64,000 bases of DNA from Gemmatimonadales bacterium. GTDB lineage: Bacteria; Gemmatimonadota; Gemmatimonadetes; Gemmatimonadales; GWC2-71-9. Below are positions 1-10,061 of the stretch, one piece after another (the first letter of the stretch is position 1; each line of letters begins with the position of its first letter). Made by a program: the position numbers and the translations under genes. The notes beneath the pieces were generated by a model. The model did no database searches. It was not told the origin of the DNA and was given only the letters and a program-made list of their open reading frames with translations. The stretch lies in assembly GCA_046260395.1 (NCBI GenBank), contig JBHEPH010000006.1:10236-74235 (forward strand), written 5' to 3'.

Positions 1-60
1 GATGCCCCGCGTGCTCCCCGTGACCAGGGCCACCTCGCCGGTCAGGCTGACGCCGATCAC
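1..60 (-). CDS. fabG: 3-oxoacyl-ACP reductase FabG, first 20 codons only (gene runs off the window start)
   Basis: The reverse complement of 1-60 reads V-IGVSLTGEVALVTGSTRGI, the Rossmann N-terminus typical of FabG. The GTG at 60 overlaps the fabD stop (GTGA). The position after fabD is the one expected in a fab cluster. Confidence 0.6.
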   Translation of the reverse strand, partial: MIGVSLTGEVALVTGSTRGI

Positions 61-981
61 TGGAGGAATGCCTCCACCTCGGCAGCCGTACCAAGTGAGA
101 GGTAGCGCGGGCCGGGGAGAATCCGCTTCAGCAGTCCGCCCAGCACGGTCCCAGGCCCGATCTCGAGCCAGGTGGCCTCCGGGGCCAGATTGTCGGCCGC
201 CAGCACACACTCCACCCAGCGCACCGGCGCCGTGAGCTGGCGCTCCAGGAGCCGAACCGCGTCGCCCGGCCGGGTCACGACCGAGGCATCGGCATTGGCG
301 ATGACCGGAAACGCCGGGTGGTGGAACGGGGTCCGGCCAAGCTCCAGATGCAGGCCCGGCACCGCCGGCTCCATGAGGGGCGAGTGGAAGGCGCCGCTCA
401 CCTTCAGTGGCAGGACACGCTTGGCGCCTGCCGCCTTGCACAGCGCCCCGGCCCGCTCCACTGCCGCGGGATCTCCCGAGATGACTGTCTGGTCGGGGGC
501 GTTGATGTTCGCGGCCACGGCGATTCCCCTCCTCGCCGGCGCTGGCCGCGGCGCAGGCCGCCTCTACTTCGGCGGTGCCCAGGCCGAGCACCGCGGCCAT
601 TGCTCCTGGCCGCCGGGTACCCGCCTCGTGCATCAGCTCGCCCCGGCGGCGGACCAGCCGGGCCGCCTCCGTGGCGGCGAGGGCTCCGCTCGCCACCCAG
701 GCACTGTACTCGCCCAAGCTGTGGCCTGCGGCCGCCGCCACCTCGGTCAGGCGTCGCCCGATCACGGCAAGCACCGCCGTCGAGTGGGCCAGGATGGCAG
801 GCTGTGTATTGTGCGTCTGGTTCAGCTCCTCCTCGGGGCCCTCGAACATCAGCCGGGAGAGCGGTGTGCCCAGCGCCTCATCGATGGCGAGGAACGTGTC
901 GCGCGCTTCCGGATACTGTTCTGCCAGGTCGCGACCCATCCCAACCCGCTGGGCGCCCTGCCCCGGAAACAGGAGAACCAT
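57..981 (-). pseudogene. fabD: malonyl-CoA:ACP transacylase FabD, interrupted by a 1-nt frameshift as assembled
   Basis: The ATG at 981 (TGATG overlap with the fabH stop) opens MVLLFPGQGAQRVGMGRDL...GHSLGEY...AVLGLGTAEVEAACAAASAGEEG in one frame. The conserved C-terminal half, IAVAANINAPDQTVISGDP...GAFHSPLM...VRW...EIGPG (track ORF 57..518), is in the next frame. The C-terminal frame is closed by a TAG at 564-566, so the shift lies between 519 and 563, most plausibly at the run ggggaat (523-529). Confidence 0.85.
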
Positions 982-1952
982 CACCACCGGATCACCGTGG
1001 CGCCCCAGGTAAAGCCTGCCCCGAACGTGACCAGCAACACGAGCATGCCAAGCTTCAGGCGGCCCTGCGACACGGCCTCGGCCAGGGCAATCGGGATCGA
1101 GGCGGCCGAGGTGTTGCCGTACCGCTCCACGTTGACCATCACCTTGCTCATCGGCAGTCCGGCATGCTTGGCCGTCGCCTCGATGATCCGCATGTTGGCC
1201 TGGTGGGGAACCAGCAGGTCAATCTCCTCGGCGGTCACGCCGGCCCGAGCCAAGGCCTCATCGCACGCCCTGGACATGGCCAGTACCGCCGCTTTGAACA
1301 CTTCGCGGCCGGCCATCCGGATGAAGTGCGACCGCTCATCCACCACCTTCTGGCTGACCGGGTCGTTGGAACCGCCACCCTCCATGTACAGGAGGTGGGC
1401 GAGCGTTCCATCGGACCCCAGCACGCTGGAGAGGATACCGCGCCCGGATCCATCGGCCGCCGTGACCACGGCCGCGCCGGCCCCGTCGCCAAACAGGATG
1501 GCGGTGCCCCGGTCGGTGTAATCGGTGATGGTCGAGAGCTTTTCGGCGCCGAGCGCCAGGATGGTGCGAGCCTGCCCGCTGGCGATCAGCGACTCGGCCA
1601 CCGTCAGCGCGAAGACAAAGCCGGGGCACGCGGCCACCACGTCAAAGGCGATCGCCCGCGTGGCACCGAGGCGGGCCTGCAGATCGCAGGCCGCCGACGG
1701 CAGCCGGCGGTCGGGGCTGACCGTGCCGAGGACGATGGCGTCCACGTCGGTGACGGCCAGGCCTGCCTGAGCCAGTGCCTCCCGGCTGGCCTGCTCGCAG
1801 AGCTGCGTGAGGGCGGTTTCCGGCCCCGCAATCCGTCGCTCCCGGATGCCAGTCCGCTCCAGGATCCATTGATCCGAGGTGTCGAGGATCTTCTCGAAAT
1901 CGGCATTGGTCATCACCCGGTCGGGGACGGCCATGCCGATCCCCCGGATCAT
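981..1952 (-). CDS. fabH: 3-oxoacyl-ACP synthase III FabH
   Basis: Track ORF 981..2195, trimmed to the internal ATG at 1952 (MIRGIGMAVPDRVMTNADFEKILDTSDQWILERTGIRERRIA). It has the active-site AACPGF, HQANMRII and GNTSAASIP motifs. An alternative GTG start at 1973 overlaps the plsX stop. Confidence 0.9.
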   Translation of the reverse strand: MIRGIGMAVPDRVMTNADFEKILDTSDQWILERTGIRERRIAGPETALTQLCEQASREALAQAGLAVTDVDAIVLGTVSPDRRLPSAACDLQARLGATRAIAFDVVAACPGFVFALTVAESLIASGQARTILALGAEKLSTITDYTDRGTAILFGDGAGAAVVTAADGSGRGILSSVLGSDGTLAHLLYMEGGGSNDPVSQKVVDERSHFIRMAGREVFKAAVLAMSRACDEALARAGVTAEEIDLLVPHQANMRIIEATAKHAGLPMSKVMVNVERYGNTSAASIPIALAEAVSQGRLKLGMLVLLVTFGAGFTWGATVIRW

Positions 1953-1969
1953 GGCGATCGGGGGGCGGC

Positions 1970-2986
1970 TCACGCGCGCTCCACCGTGGGCTCGGTGGCG
2001 AACTCCGCCGCGATATGGTGGGTCAGGCCGGACTCCACCGACTGCACGGCGACGCGAATGGCGTTCTTGATGGCGTTGGTATTGGAAGCGCCATGGCAGA
2101 TGATGCTGATCCCCTTGACGCCCAGGAGCGGGGAGCCCCCGTACTGCGAATAGTCCAGCATCCGGAACGCCCCGCGGATCTCCTTGCGCTCCCACATGTC
2201 CGGGGCACCTTCCTGCGCCAAGTGCATGACCAGGTGCAGGACGGACTCGTAGAACTTGAGTACCACATTGCCGACAAAGCCGTCGCAGACGATGACATCC
2301 ACCCGGCCGTGCCTGGCGTGTCCGGCCAGGATGTCGCGGCCCTCGATGTTGCCGATGAAGTTCAGGCGGTGCGCGTTCGCGCGAAGGAGGCCGTGGGCCG
2401 CCCGGATGACCTCGCCGCCCTTCTCATCCTCTTCGCCGACATTGAGGAGGCCGACGGTCGGGTTGGCTCGCTGCTGCACGTCGCGCATGTAGACGGTGCC
2501 GAGGGCGGCGAAACACTCAAGCTCCCGCGGGGAGCAGTCGAGATTGGCACCGGCATCGAGGAGGAGAACCGGCCCGGCGGCGGTGGGAAGCATGGCCCCA
2601 ACCGTGGCGCGGTCAACCCCGTGGTGAAGGCCGAGCATCACGGTCGAGCCGGCCAGCATCGCGCCCGTGTTGCCGGCCGAGACGAAGGCGTCAGAGCCGC
2701 CCTTCGCGACCAGGCCCAGCCCCACGGCAATGCTGCTGTCGCGCTTCTGGCGGATCGCGGCCAGCGGCTTCTCGCCAGGCCCGATGACCTGCGAGGCCGG
2801 GACGATTGTCAGGCGGTCGCGATCAGCCCCCGGGTGCCTGGCCAGCTCCGCCTCGATGACCGCCGGTTGGCCGACCAGCTGGATGGTGAACCCGGGCGGC
2901 AGGTCACGAATGGCGGCCAGGGCCCCTTCAACCTCCGTGGCCGGGGCGTGGTCGCCACCCATCGCGTCGAGGCCGACGCGAATCAC
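1970..2986 (-). CDS. plsX: phosphate acyltransferase PlsX
   Basis: 338-aa ORF starting MIRVGLDAMGGDHAP... It shows full-length PlsX-like sequence and sits in the conserved rpmF-plsX-fabH context. Confidence 0.9.
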   Translation of the reverse strand: MIRVGLDAMGGDHAPATEVEGALAAIRDLPPGFTIQLVGQPAVIEAELARHPGADRDRLTIVPASQVIGPGEKPLAAIRQKRDSSIAVGLGLVAKGGSDAFVSAGNTGAMLAGSTVMLGLHHGVDRATVGAMLPTAAGPVLLLDAGANLDCSPRELECFAALGTVYMRDVQQRANPTVGLLNVGEEDEKGGEVIRAAHGLLRANAHRLNFIGNIEGRDILAGHARHGRVDVIVCDGFVGNVVLKFYESVLHLVMHLAQEGAPDMWERKEIRGAFRMLDYSQYGGSPLLGVKGISIICHGASNTNAIKNAIRVAVQSVESGLTHHIAAEFATEPTVERA

Positions 2987-2988
2987 CG

Positions 2989-3171
2989 TCAGGTGTCCTC
3001 GACCTCGAGACGCTTCTTGCCGCCGTAATACCCGCAGCCGTCACAGACGCGGTGCGAGAGACGGGGCGCGCCACAGCGCGGGCACCCCTGGGGGGCCATG
3101 CCGGCGCCGGAGTGGTGACCCCGGCGGAGACGCTTGCGGGATTTCGAGGTACGTCGCTTGGGAACTGCCAT
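2989..3171 (-). CDS. rpmF: 50S ribosomal protein L32
   Basis: Track ORF 2989..3204, trimmed to MAVPKRRTSKSRKRLRRGHH... (60 aa). It carries a CxxC...CxxC zinc ribbon and lies in the yceD-rpmF-plsX synteny. Confidence 0.9.
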   Translation of the reverse strand: MAVPKRRTSKSRKRLRRGHHSGAGMAPQGCPRCGAPRLSHRVCDGCGYYGGKKRLEVEDT

Positions 3172-3178
3172 GGTGCCC

Positions 3179-3652
3179 TCAGGCTGGTTCGGCGGGACGT
3201 GCACAATCGCACGGTCCGCTGTTCAGGTCAGCGCCGCAGCGCTGGCACAGGCCCGCGCAGTCCTCGCGACAGAGCACGAAGGGCGACGCGGTAAGCAACA
3301 ACTCCTCCCGGACAGCGGGAGTCAGGTCAATCTCGGCCAGCGGCTCCCGGATCGGGTAGACCCCGGGGTCGTCGGCGGCATCGGGATCCGGCGAAAACAC
3401 CACCATGACCTCGGTATCCACCGGCACCTTCACCGCGGCCAGGCAGCGGCGGCACTCACCGAGCACCCAGCCGGCAACCCGCCCGGTCCACCGAAAGGTC
3501 CGGCGCTCGGGCGCGCCACTCAGCACGCCGGCCACCGTCACGGGCCCCTCGAACGTCAACCCGAGATCGGCCAGCACCGGATCGGCCGGATCCAGCACGG
3601 CGGCTGTTTCCACCGGCCCCTTCCGGAGCTCCCGGATATCCACTTGCAGCAT
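3179..3652 (-). CDS. yceD: YceD/DUF177 family protein (23S rRNA accumulation protein)
   Basis: 157-aa ORF immediately upstream of rpmF. It has the C-terminal Cys-rich motif CREDCAGLCQRCGADLN typical of DUF177. Confidence 0.75.
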   Translation of the reverse strand: MLQVDIRELRKGPVETAAVLDPADPVLADLGLTFEGPVTVAGVLSGAPERRTFRWTGRVAGWVLGECRRCLAAVKVPVDTEVMVVFSPDPDAADDPGVYPIREPLAEIDLTPAVREELLLTASPFVLCREDCAGLCQRCGADLNSGPCDCARPAEPA

Positions 3653-3694
3653 AGCCCCTAAATCTAGACTGGGCCACCACTTCCAGCAACCCGC

Positions 3695-4126
3695 CTAGCA
3701 ACCGAGCTGGGCGCGCTCCGCTTCCGGAAAAAAGAACCCGATTTCCCGGGCTGCATTCTCGTCGCTGTCGGAACCGTGCACGGCATTCCGGCCCTTCGAT
3801 TCCGCGAACAACTGTCGGATGGTCCCCTCGGCCGCCTCAGCGGGGTCAGTGGCCCCGATCAATTCCCGAAAACCAGCCACGGCGCCCGCCTTCTCCAGCG
3901 CCATCGGCAGGCAGGGGCCACTGGTCATGAACTCCACCAGCTCGCCATAGAACGGCCGATCCCGATGGACCGCGTAGAAGGCCTCGGCCTGCGTCCGGGT
4001 CAGGCGCACCAGGCGCGCGGCCCGCACCGTGAAGCCCGCGTGCTCGATATGGGCCATGATCCGGCCCAGGTTCCCCGCCGCAACGCCGTCGGGCTTGACG
4101 ATGCCGAGGGTGTAAGTGCCTGCCAT
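3695..4126 (-). CDS. ndk: nucleoside diphosphate kinase
   Basis: Track ORF 3695..4327, trimmed to the ATG at 4126 ([15 protein letters not shown]...). The active-site NAVHGSDS motif is present. Confidence 0.9.
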   Translation of the reverse strand: MAGTYTLGIVKPDGVAAGNLGRIMAHIEHAGFTVRAARLVRLTRTQAEAFYAVHRDRPFYGELVEFMTSGPCLPMALEKAGAVAGFRELIGATDPAEAAEGTIRQLFAESKGRNAVHGSDSDENAAREIGFFFPEAERAQLGC

Positions 4127-4157
4127 ATCTTCGGTCTCCAGTAAGGTGTGCTGCCGG

Positions 4158-5030
4158 TCAGCCGAGGGCCGCTCGGACCAGTTCCACGACATCCACGGGT
4201 CGGGCCATGACCGCAATGCCCGCCTTACGAAACGCCCCGATCTTCTCCTCGGCGGTGCCGCTCGAGCCGGAGATGATCGCGCCCGCATGCCCCATGCGCC
4301 GCCCGGGCGGCGCCGTCTGGCCGGCAATGAAGCCGACGACGGGCTTGGTGACGTGGGCCTTCACGAACTCCGCCGCCTGCTGCTCATCCGTGCCACCAAT
4401 CTCGCCCATCATCACGATGGCATCGGTGTCCGGGTCGTCCTGGAAGGCGCGGAGGCAGTCGATGAAGTTGGTCCCGATGATCGGGTCGCCACCGATGCCG
4501 ACACAGGTGGACTGACCAATCCCCTGCCTGGTCAGGTGATTGACCACCTCGTAGGTGAGCGTCCCACTGCGCGACACCAGCCCGACACGTCCCGGCGCGC
4601 AGATCACACCGGGGATGATGCCGACCTTCGCCGCCCCGGGCGTGATGGCCCCCGGGCAGTTGGGCCCGATCAGCCGGGCGCCCCGCTCGCGCACGAAGGG
4701 CATCACCTTGGTCATGTCCATGACCGGCACGCCCTCGGTGATGCAGACCACCAGCGTGATGCCGGCGTCGACCGCCTCATAGATGGCGCCCGCCGCGCCG
4801 GCAGGCGGCACGTAGATGACCGACGTGTTGGCCCCGGTGGCCGCCACGGACTCCGCCACCGTGTTGAAGACCGGCACCGTGTCGTCAAAGGTCTGGCCGC
4901 CCTTGCCGGGCGTCACGCCCGCCACAAGGGACGTGCCGTAGGCCTTCATCTGCTTGGCGTGAAACGACCCGTCTCGCCCGGTGATCCCCTGCACCACCAG
5001 GCGCGTGTCCTTGCCGATGAAGATGCTCAC
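4158..5030 (-). CDS. sucD: succinyl-CoA synthetase alpha subunit
   Basis: 290-aa ORF starting [18 protein letters not shown]..., with the phosphohistidine loop GHAGAII. Its ATG overlaps the sucC stop. Confidence 0.95.
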   Translation of the reverse strand: MSIFIGKDTRLVVQGITGRDGSFHAKQMKAYGTSLVAGVTPGKGGQTFDDTVPVFNTVAESVAATGANTSVIYVPPAGAAGAIYEAVDAGITLVVCITEGVPVMDMTKVMPFVRERGARLIGPNCPGAITPGAAKVGIIPGVICAPGRVGLVSRSGTLTYEVVNHLTRQGIGQSTCVGIGGDPIIGTNFIDCLRAFQDDPDTDAIVMMGEIGGTDEQQAAEFVKAHVTKPVVGFIAGQTAPPGRRMGHAGAIISGSSGTAEEKIGAFRKAGIAVMARPVDVVELVRAALG

Positions 5031-6168
5031 GCGGCCTCCTTGGCCAGCGCCACGACTCTCGACACCGCGTCATCCATGTCGCTCAGCGCCTCCATGCCGA
5101 TCCCCTTGAGGATCTTGATCGCCTCGACCTCATTGGTGCCCGTCAGCCGGACCACAATCGGAACCGTGACCGGGAATTCCGCCAGCGCCGTCTTGATCCC
5201 GTTGGCGACGTCATCGGTGCGGGTGATGCCGCCGAAGATGTTGAAGAGGATCGCCTTCACGTTCTCGGGTCCCCGGTGATGATCCGAAGGGCGTTGACCA
5301 CCTTGTCCGGATTGGAGCTGCCACCGATATCCAGGAAGTTGGCCGGATCACCCCCGTAGTACTTCACCAGGTCCATCGTGGCCATCGCCAGGCCGGCACC
5401 ATTGACGACGCAGCCAACGTTGCCGTCGAGCTTGATGAACGTCAGGTCGGCCTGGCGCGCGGCCACCTCGGTCGGCTCCTCGGCCGAGTCGTCACGCATC
5501 TCGGCCAGGTCCGGGTGGCGATACAGTGCGTTGTCGTCGAGCGATACCTTGGCGTCGAGCGCCAACACCCGGCCCTCCTGGGTGGTGACGAGCGGGTTGA
5601 TCTCGGCCAGGGACGCATCGTTGTCCACGAACACCTGATAGAGGCGCTGCATGATATCGGCGGCGGCGCGCACCTGGGCGATGTCTTCATAGAGGAAGAA
5701 GGCCAGCGCCATGGCCTCGTGGGGCAGCAGACCGTATCGCGGGTCCACCGCGAGGCGCTTGATCTTCTCCGGCGTCTTCGCGGCCACTTCCTCGATGTCA
5801 ATGCCGCCAGCCGGACTCGCCATGAATACCGGCCGCTGGCTCTCACGATCCATAATGATCCCGACGTACGCCTCGGTGGCAATCTGGGCCGCCGGCACGA
5901 CCAGAACCTTGTGGACGGTCAGCCCCTTGATCTGCATGCCGAGGATCCGCGTGGCCGCCTCCCGCGCCTCGGCCGGTCCACTGACGACCTTCACGCCGCC
6001 TGCCTTGCCGCGACCACCGGTATGGACCTGGGCCTTCACCACGACGGACCCACCCAGGCGGCGGGCGATCGTCTCGGCCTCCTCTGGAGTGGTGGCGACG
6101 TCCCCGTCGAACTGGGGCACGCCGGCTGCCTTCAGGAGGCTGCGGGCTTGATACTCATGCAGGTTCAC
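5027..6168 (-). pseudogene. sucC: succinyl-CoA synthetase beta subunit SucC, interrupted by a 1-nt frameshift as assembled
   Basis: The N-terminal 303 aa (track ORF 5257..6168, MNLHEYQARSLL...NALRIITGDPRT*) and the C-terminal 77 aa (track ORF 5027..5260, xKAILFNIFGGITRTDDVANGI...) are in different frames. The expected junction ...ITGDP-ENVKAILFNIFGG is restored by adding one base near 5264-5268 (minus strand cccgag, expected cccggag). Confidence 0.85.
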
Positions 6169-6277
6169 GCGGGTCCTCGCTCAGGGTCAACGATTGGGGG
6201 CGCGGGCAAAAAAAAGGTTGGCCAGCCCGCAAATATAGTCAGGGAGCTAACCACCGACAATTCCATTAGTTAGCGAT

Positions 6278-8662
6278 TTACGGGCGGTCGAGGATAGCCC
6301 GGAGCGCCTCGAACGCCCGGCCGAAGCCAGCCAGATCACCGCGTCGCATGGCGGAGTCGGCCCGGAGCAGCCACTCCCGGGCCTGGCGGAGACGGATCTG
6401 CTCGCCGAGGCTGACCGGGAATGCCGCGCGTACACCGCGCAGGTTCTCCCAGGCGCCGTCACGATCCGGTCCGGTACCCAACCGGCCGGCGAGGGCAAGG
6501 TTGAGGGCGACCAACGTGCCCTGTCCTGCGCTGTCGATCACAAAGGCGGCCTGCCAGCCGAGTGGACCGGCCTCCGTCATCTTGAACTGGAGTGGCCCCC
6601 CCTGATAACGCCAGCCCGTGGCGAGCGCCGAATCGCGCATCTGCTGGACAAACGGCAGGCGCTCCCAGCGCGCCGGGAGGAGGACGGGTGACTCGATCGC
6701 CGGGAACGAGTCGAGGCGGATGATCCGAAGCTGCTCGGCGGCACCGATCCGCTCCCCCTCCAGCACGGCGAGCAGCCGTCGGCCCTCCGAGCTTTGAAAC
6801 CCGGCCCGATGCACTGGCCCGGGAATCGTGTCAAAGCCCACGCCCACCGGAGCGGACACCAGCCCGCCGAGCTGCCAGTGGCGCCGGCGGAGCACGGCGG
6901 CGTGGGTGCCGAACCACTCCACCGGGTACTCCATCGCTGAGGCCCAGGAGACGGGTATCGCCGATTCCGGTTCGACAAGCTCCCTCGCGATGGCGGTCCA
7001 GGCCAGGGAGAGCGGATCGGTGCTGCCGCGCTCGAAGACTCGCACTGCCCCGTCGTCGGCGGTTACAACGCCGAGGAACGCCGCGCGAAGATAGGAGGCC
7101 GGCCGGCCGCGCCACGGCACCGGCGCGACGCCGGGGAAGGCGGAGGAGTGCAGATAGCCGTCGCTGACCCAGACCAGAATCCCGTCGTCCAGCACTGGCC
7201 GGGGTGTTCCCCACTCGGCGAACGGGGCGATCGCGCTGAGCCGTTCCCGCGGGTCCAGGCGCCAGAGCGCCCGCGAACCGGGATCGACCCTGAGCAGGTT
7301 GTGCTGCAGCGCCCAGGTGAGCAGCAATCGGCGGATCGGACCACCTGTCTGGACTCCACTCTCCCCCGCGACCACCCGAACCCCCGTGGCGCCCGGGCGC
7401 GCCACGCTGCCCGGCAGTTCGAGCAGCGGCGCGATGCCGGGATACGCGACCCGGTCATCACGAACACTCAGGGGATGCCCTTCGGGACCGCTGAGGTCAT
7501 CGCGAACTACGACGAGAGAAACCACGTCCCTCTCGTCGGCATCGGTCACCAGGAGCAGTGCCGGGTGCGCACTTCCATTCACTGGCCACGACGTGCGGGC
7601 GGCCCCGATCCAGCGTCCCTCACCCGGGGGCAGGAGCGCACGCAGATCCCAGAGACCCTCGAGCGCAATGCTGTCCGGCAAGCTCGCAGGGTCGCCTGGC
7701 CGGGACTCGATCACCTCGGGAATCCCGAAGGCCTCCCGCTCCAGCTCCCTGAGTTCGGCCGGATCCCGGTCACCATCCCCGACCGACCCCGCCGCGGGTG
7801 CCAAAAGCCTGACGACCAGGGCGAACAGGCCGAACGTCGCCCAGACACCCACCGGCAGGACGATGCGACCGCGAAGCCCCCAGAACAGGGTCATGGCGCT
7901 GGTCGCGAGCGCCAGGCCGACGAGCAGCCGCGACATCGAGCTCAGCAGGACGACATGGGCGGCCCCGCTGGCTGGCCGGAGCCCCGAGGCAAACTCGTAG
8001 GGTTCGAGCAGGTAGCCGATGCCGAGGGTGGCGGCCAGTGCGGCGCCCAGTAAACCGACATGCAGGCGAATACCGGGATCGAGGACAAACCGCCGCGACG
8101 CGACCCGAAGTGATCCCCCGACTGCGTAGAGGATGACCACTGCGATGAGCCCGAGGAGGGCCAGGGCAAGGCTCAGGAAGTGGATCCGGACCAGGGCGGG
8201 TAGGATCCCGATGTAGAACCCGATATCCAGATTGTGGAATTGGTCGGTGATGCCCCATCGAGGCGCCTGCCACGCCAGCGCCAGTGGGGCGGCCCATTCC
8301 GCCGTCCCCGCCCCGCAGAGCAGGCCCAGCAGGACAGCGGCGGGCAGGGACCAGAGCCGCAGCTGCGTGGGGGGAAGCGGTGGCACGCCGCGCGTCGGGG
8401 CGTCGGCCCCGACGGTGGCGCGCTCAGCGAGACGCGCCGCCATGAGGAAGTTGGCGGCGAACCAGGCCACGGCAAGCGTGGTGGCGCCCGCGTCGAGCCC
8501 CAGCCGGAACAGGGCCCACCGCGTGCTGAAGACGGCGCCGCCCGCGCTCACTGACCCGGCCCACCACCGCTCGGCAAGGAATGCGGCGACACCCCGTCCG
8601 GCGAAGAGGAACAACGCGAGCACGGCAAGTCCGATCACCGTGCGCCGGCCCATCGGGGTCAT
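6278..8662 (-). CDS. UPF0182-like large polytopic membrane protein
   Basis: 794-aa ORF with several N-terminal hydrophobic segments and a large soluble region. The C-terminal helix ...AMRRGDLAGFGRAFEALRAILD resembles the conserved tail I recall for UPF0182. The family call rests on memory, not a search. Confidence 0.5.
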   Translation of the reverse strand: MTPMGRRTVIGLAVLALFLFAGRGVAAFLAERWWAGSVSAGGAVFSTRWALFRLGLDAGATTLAVAWFAANFLMAARLAERATVGADAPTRGVPPLPPTQLRLWSLPAAVLLGLLCGAGTAEWAAPLALAWQAPRWGITDQFHNLDIGFYIGILPALVRIHFLSLALALLGLIAVVILYAVGGSLRVASRRFVLDPGIRLHVGLLGAALAATLGIGYLLEPYEFASGLRPASGAAHVVLLSSMSRLLVGLALATSAMTLFWGLRGRIVLPVGVWATFGLFALVVRLLAPAAGSVGDGDRDPAELRELEREAFGIPEVIESRPGDPASLPDSIALEGLWDLRALLPPGEGRWIGAARTSWPVNGSAHPALLLVTDADERDVVSLVVVRDDLSGPEGHPLSVRDDRVAYPGIAPLLELPGSVARPGATGVRVVAGESGVQTGGPIRRLLLTWALQHNLLRVDPGSRALWRLDPRERLSAIAPFAEWGTPRPVLDDGILVWVSDGYLHSSAFPGVAPVPWRGRPASYLRAAFLGVVTADDGAVRVFERGSTDPLSLAWTAIARELVEPESAIPVSWASAMEYPVEWFGTHAAVLRRRHWQLGGLVSAPVGVGFDTIPGPVHRAGFQSSEGRRLLAVLEGERIGAAEQLRIIRLDSFPAIESPVLLPARWERLPFVQQMRDSALATGWRYQGGPLQFKMTEAGPLGWQAAFVIDSAGQGTLVALNLALAGRLGTGPDRDGAWENLRGVRAAFPVSLGEQIRLRQAREWLLRADSAMRRGDLAGFGRAFEALRAILDRP

Positions 8663-8666
8663 GGAC

Positions 8667-10037
8667 TCAGGGCTTCACGCCGTGGCCGGCCAGCCAGGCA
8701 AAGACCTCGTCACGGTAGCGGTCGCGCGCCTCCGCGCTGGTGGCCTCGAACCGCAGGACGAGCACCGGCTGGGTGTTGGAGGGCCTGAGGAGTCCCCACC
8801 CATCGGGGAAGGCGATGCGCACACCATCAATATCATTGACCGGATACCGAGCCGTGAAATACTCAACGGCCTGCTCGACGATCCCAAACTTCAGGTCGTC
8901 GGGACAGTCCACGCGCAGCTCGGGCGTGGCAAACGTCTCGGGCAGGTCGGCCAGGAGCCGGGCAATGCCCGGGGCCCCCGCGGCAACGATTTCGAGCAGG
9001 CGGGCGGCCGCGAAGAGCGCGTCATCGAACCCGTACCAATCGCCCCCGAAGAAGATGTGGCCGCTCATCTCCCCGGCGATCGGCGCTCCCTGTTCCTTCA
9101 TCTTGGCCTTGATGAGGGAGTGGCCGGTCTTCCACATGACCGGCACCGCCCCCGCCGCCTCGAGCGCCTGGGGCAACAGCTCCGAGCACTTCACGTCGAA
9201 GATGACGGGGGTCCCCTTCCCGAACCGCCGCACTGCATCTCGGCCAAAGATCACCAGATACTGGTCTCCAAAGAGCACCTCTCCGGTTTCGTCCACCCCG
9301 CCGATCCGGTCGCCGTCACCGTCAAAGGCGATGCCGAGTTCGGCGCCATGGACACGGACCGCCAGCTGGAGGTCCACCAGGTTTTCCGGCACGGTCGGAT
9401 CGGGATGGTGATTGGGGAAGGTGCCGTCGGACTCGCAGAAAATCGGGATGACTTCCGCGCCGAGCGCCTCGAGGGTGGACACGGCGATCAGGCTCGCCAC
9501 GCCGTTGCCGCAATCGAGGACGACTCGAACGGGCCGCGCAAGGGAGTGTCGGGACACGATGGCGTCCCGATAGGCCGGGAGGATCGAACCGTCGGACCGC
9601 TGGGTCCCGTCTCCGCTCCGCCAGGTCTCGGTGGTGATCGCTTCCCACAGCTCCTGGATGGCGTCACCGTGGATCGAGTCGCCCCCAAGGACCATCTTGA
9701 AGCCGTTGAACTCGGGGGGATTGTGGGAACCGGTGACCTGCATCCCCCCGTCGGTGTCCAGGTGGTGAATGGCGAAGTACAGCGCGGGGGTGGGGAGTTC
9801 GCCGACATCCACGGCGGTGGCGCCGGTATCGGCGATGCCCTGCCGGACGGCAGCGGCGAGTGCCGCGCCGGAGGGCCGATTGTCACGGCCCACCGCGAGC
9901 ACCGGCGCCCGGCCCATCTGTGCCCAGCCGAGCGAGGCGTAGGCCCTGCCGAGCGCCCGCGCGAAGGCGGGGGTCAACTCCGTGCCAACGACCCCGCGTA
10001 CGTCATACTGCCGGAAAATGTTCCGTGGAACCTGCAT
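8667..10037 (-). CDS. phosphomannomutase/phosphoglucomutase (alpha-D-phosphohexomutase)
   Basis: 456-aa ORF with the catalytic TGSHNP, the metal loop FDGDGDR, the sugar loop GEMSGH, and an FRQYDVRG N-terminus. Confidence 0.9.
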   Translation of the reverse strand: MQVPRNIFRQYDVRGVVGTELTPAFARALGRAYASLGWAQMGRAPVLAVGRDNRPSGAALAAAVRQGIADTGATAVDVGELPTPALYFAIHHLDTDGGMQVTGSHNPPEFNGFKMVLGGDSIHGDAIQELWEAITTETWRSGDGTQRSDGSILPAYRDAIVSRHSLARPVRVVLDCGNGVASLIAVSTLEALGAEVIPIFCESDGTFPNHHPDPTVPENLVDLQLAVRVHGAELGIAFDGDGDRIGGVDETGEVLFGDQYLVIFGRDAVRRFGKGTPVIFDVKCSELLPQALEAAGAVPVMWKTGHSLIKAKMKEQGAPIAGEMSGHIFFGGDWYGFDDALFAAARLLEIVAAGAPGIARLLADLPETFATPELRVDCPDDLKFGIVEQAVEYFTARYPVNDIDGVRIAFPDGWGLLRPSNTQPVLVLRFEATSAEARDRYRDEVFAWLAGHGVKP

Positions 10038-10061
10038 GGCAACCTCACGCGGATGGCGTGG

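Noticed and set aside
6202-6230. GCGGGC-N17-GCCCGC with an internal A8/T8 run between the UPF0182-like gene and sucC, considered as an intrinsic terminator.
   Set aside because: The T-run falls inside the 17-nt loop rather than after the stem on the relevant (minus) strand. The stem is only 6 bp. It does not have canonical terminator geometry.
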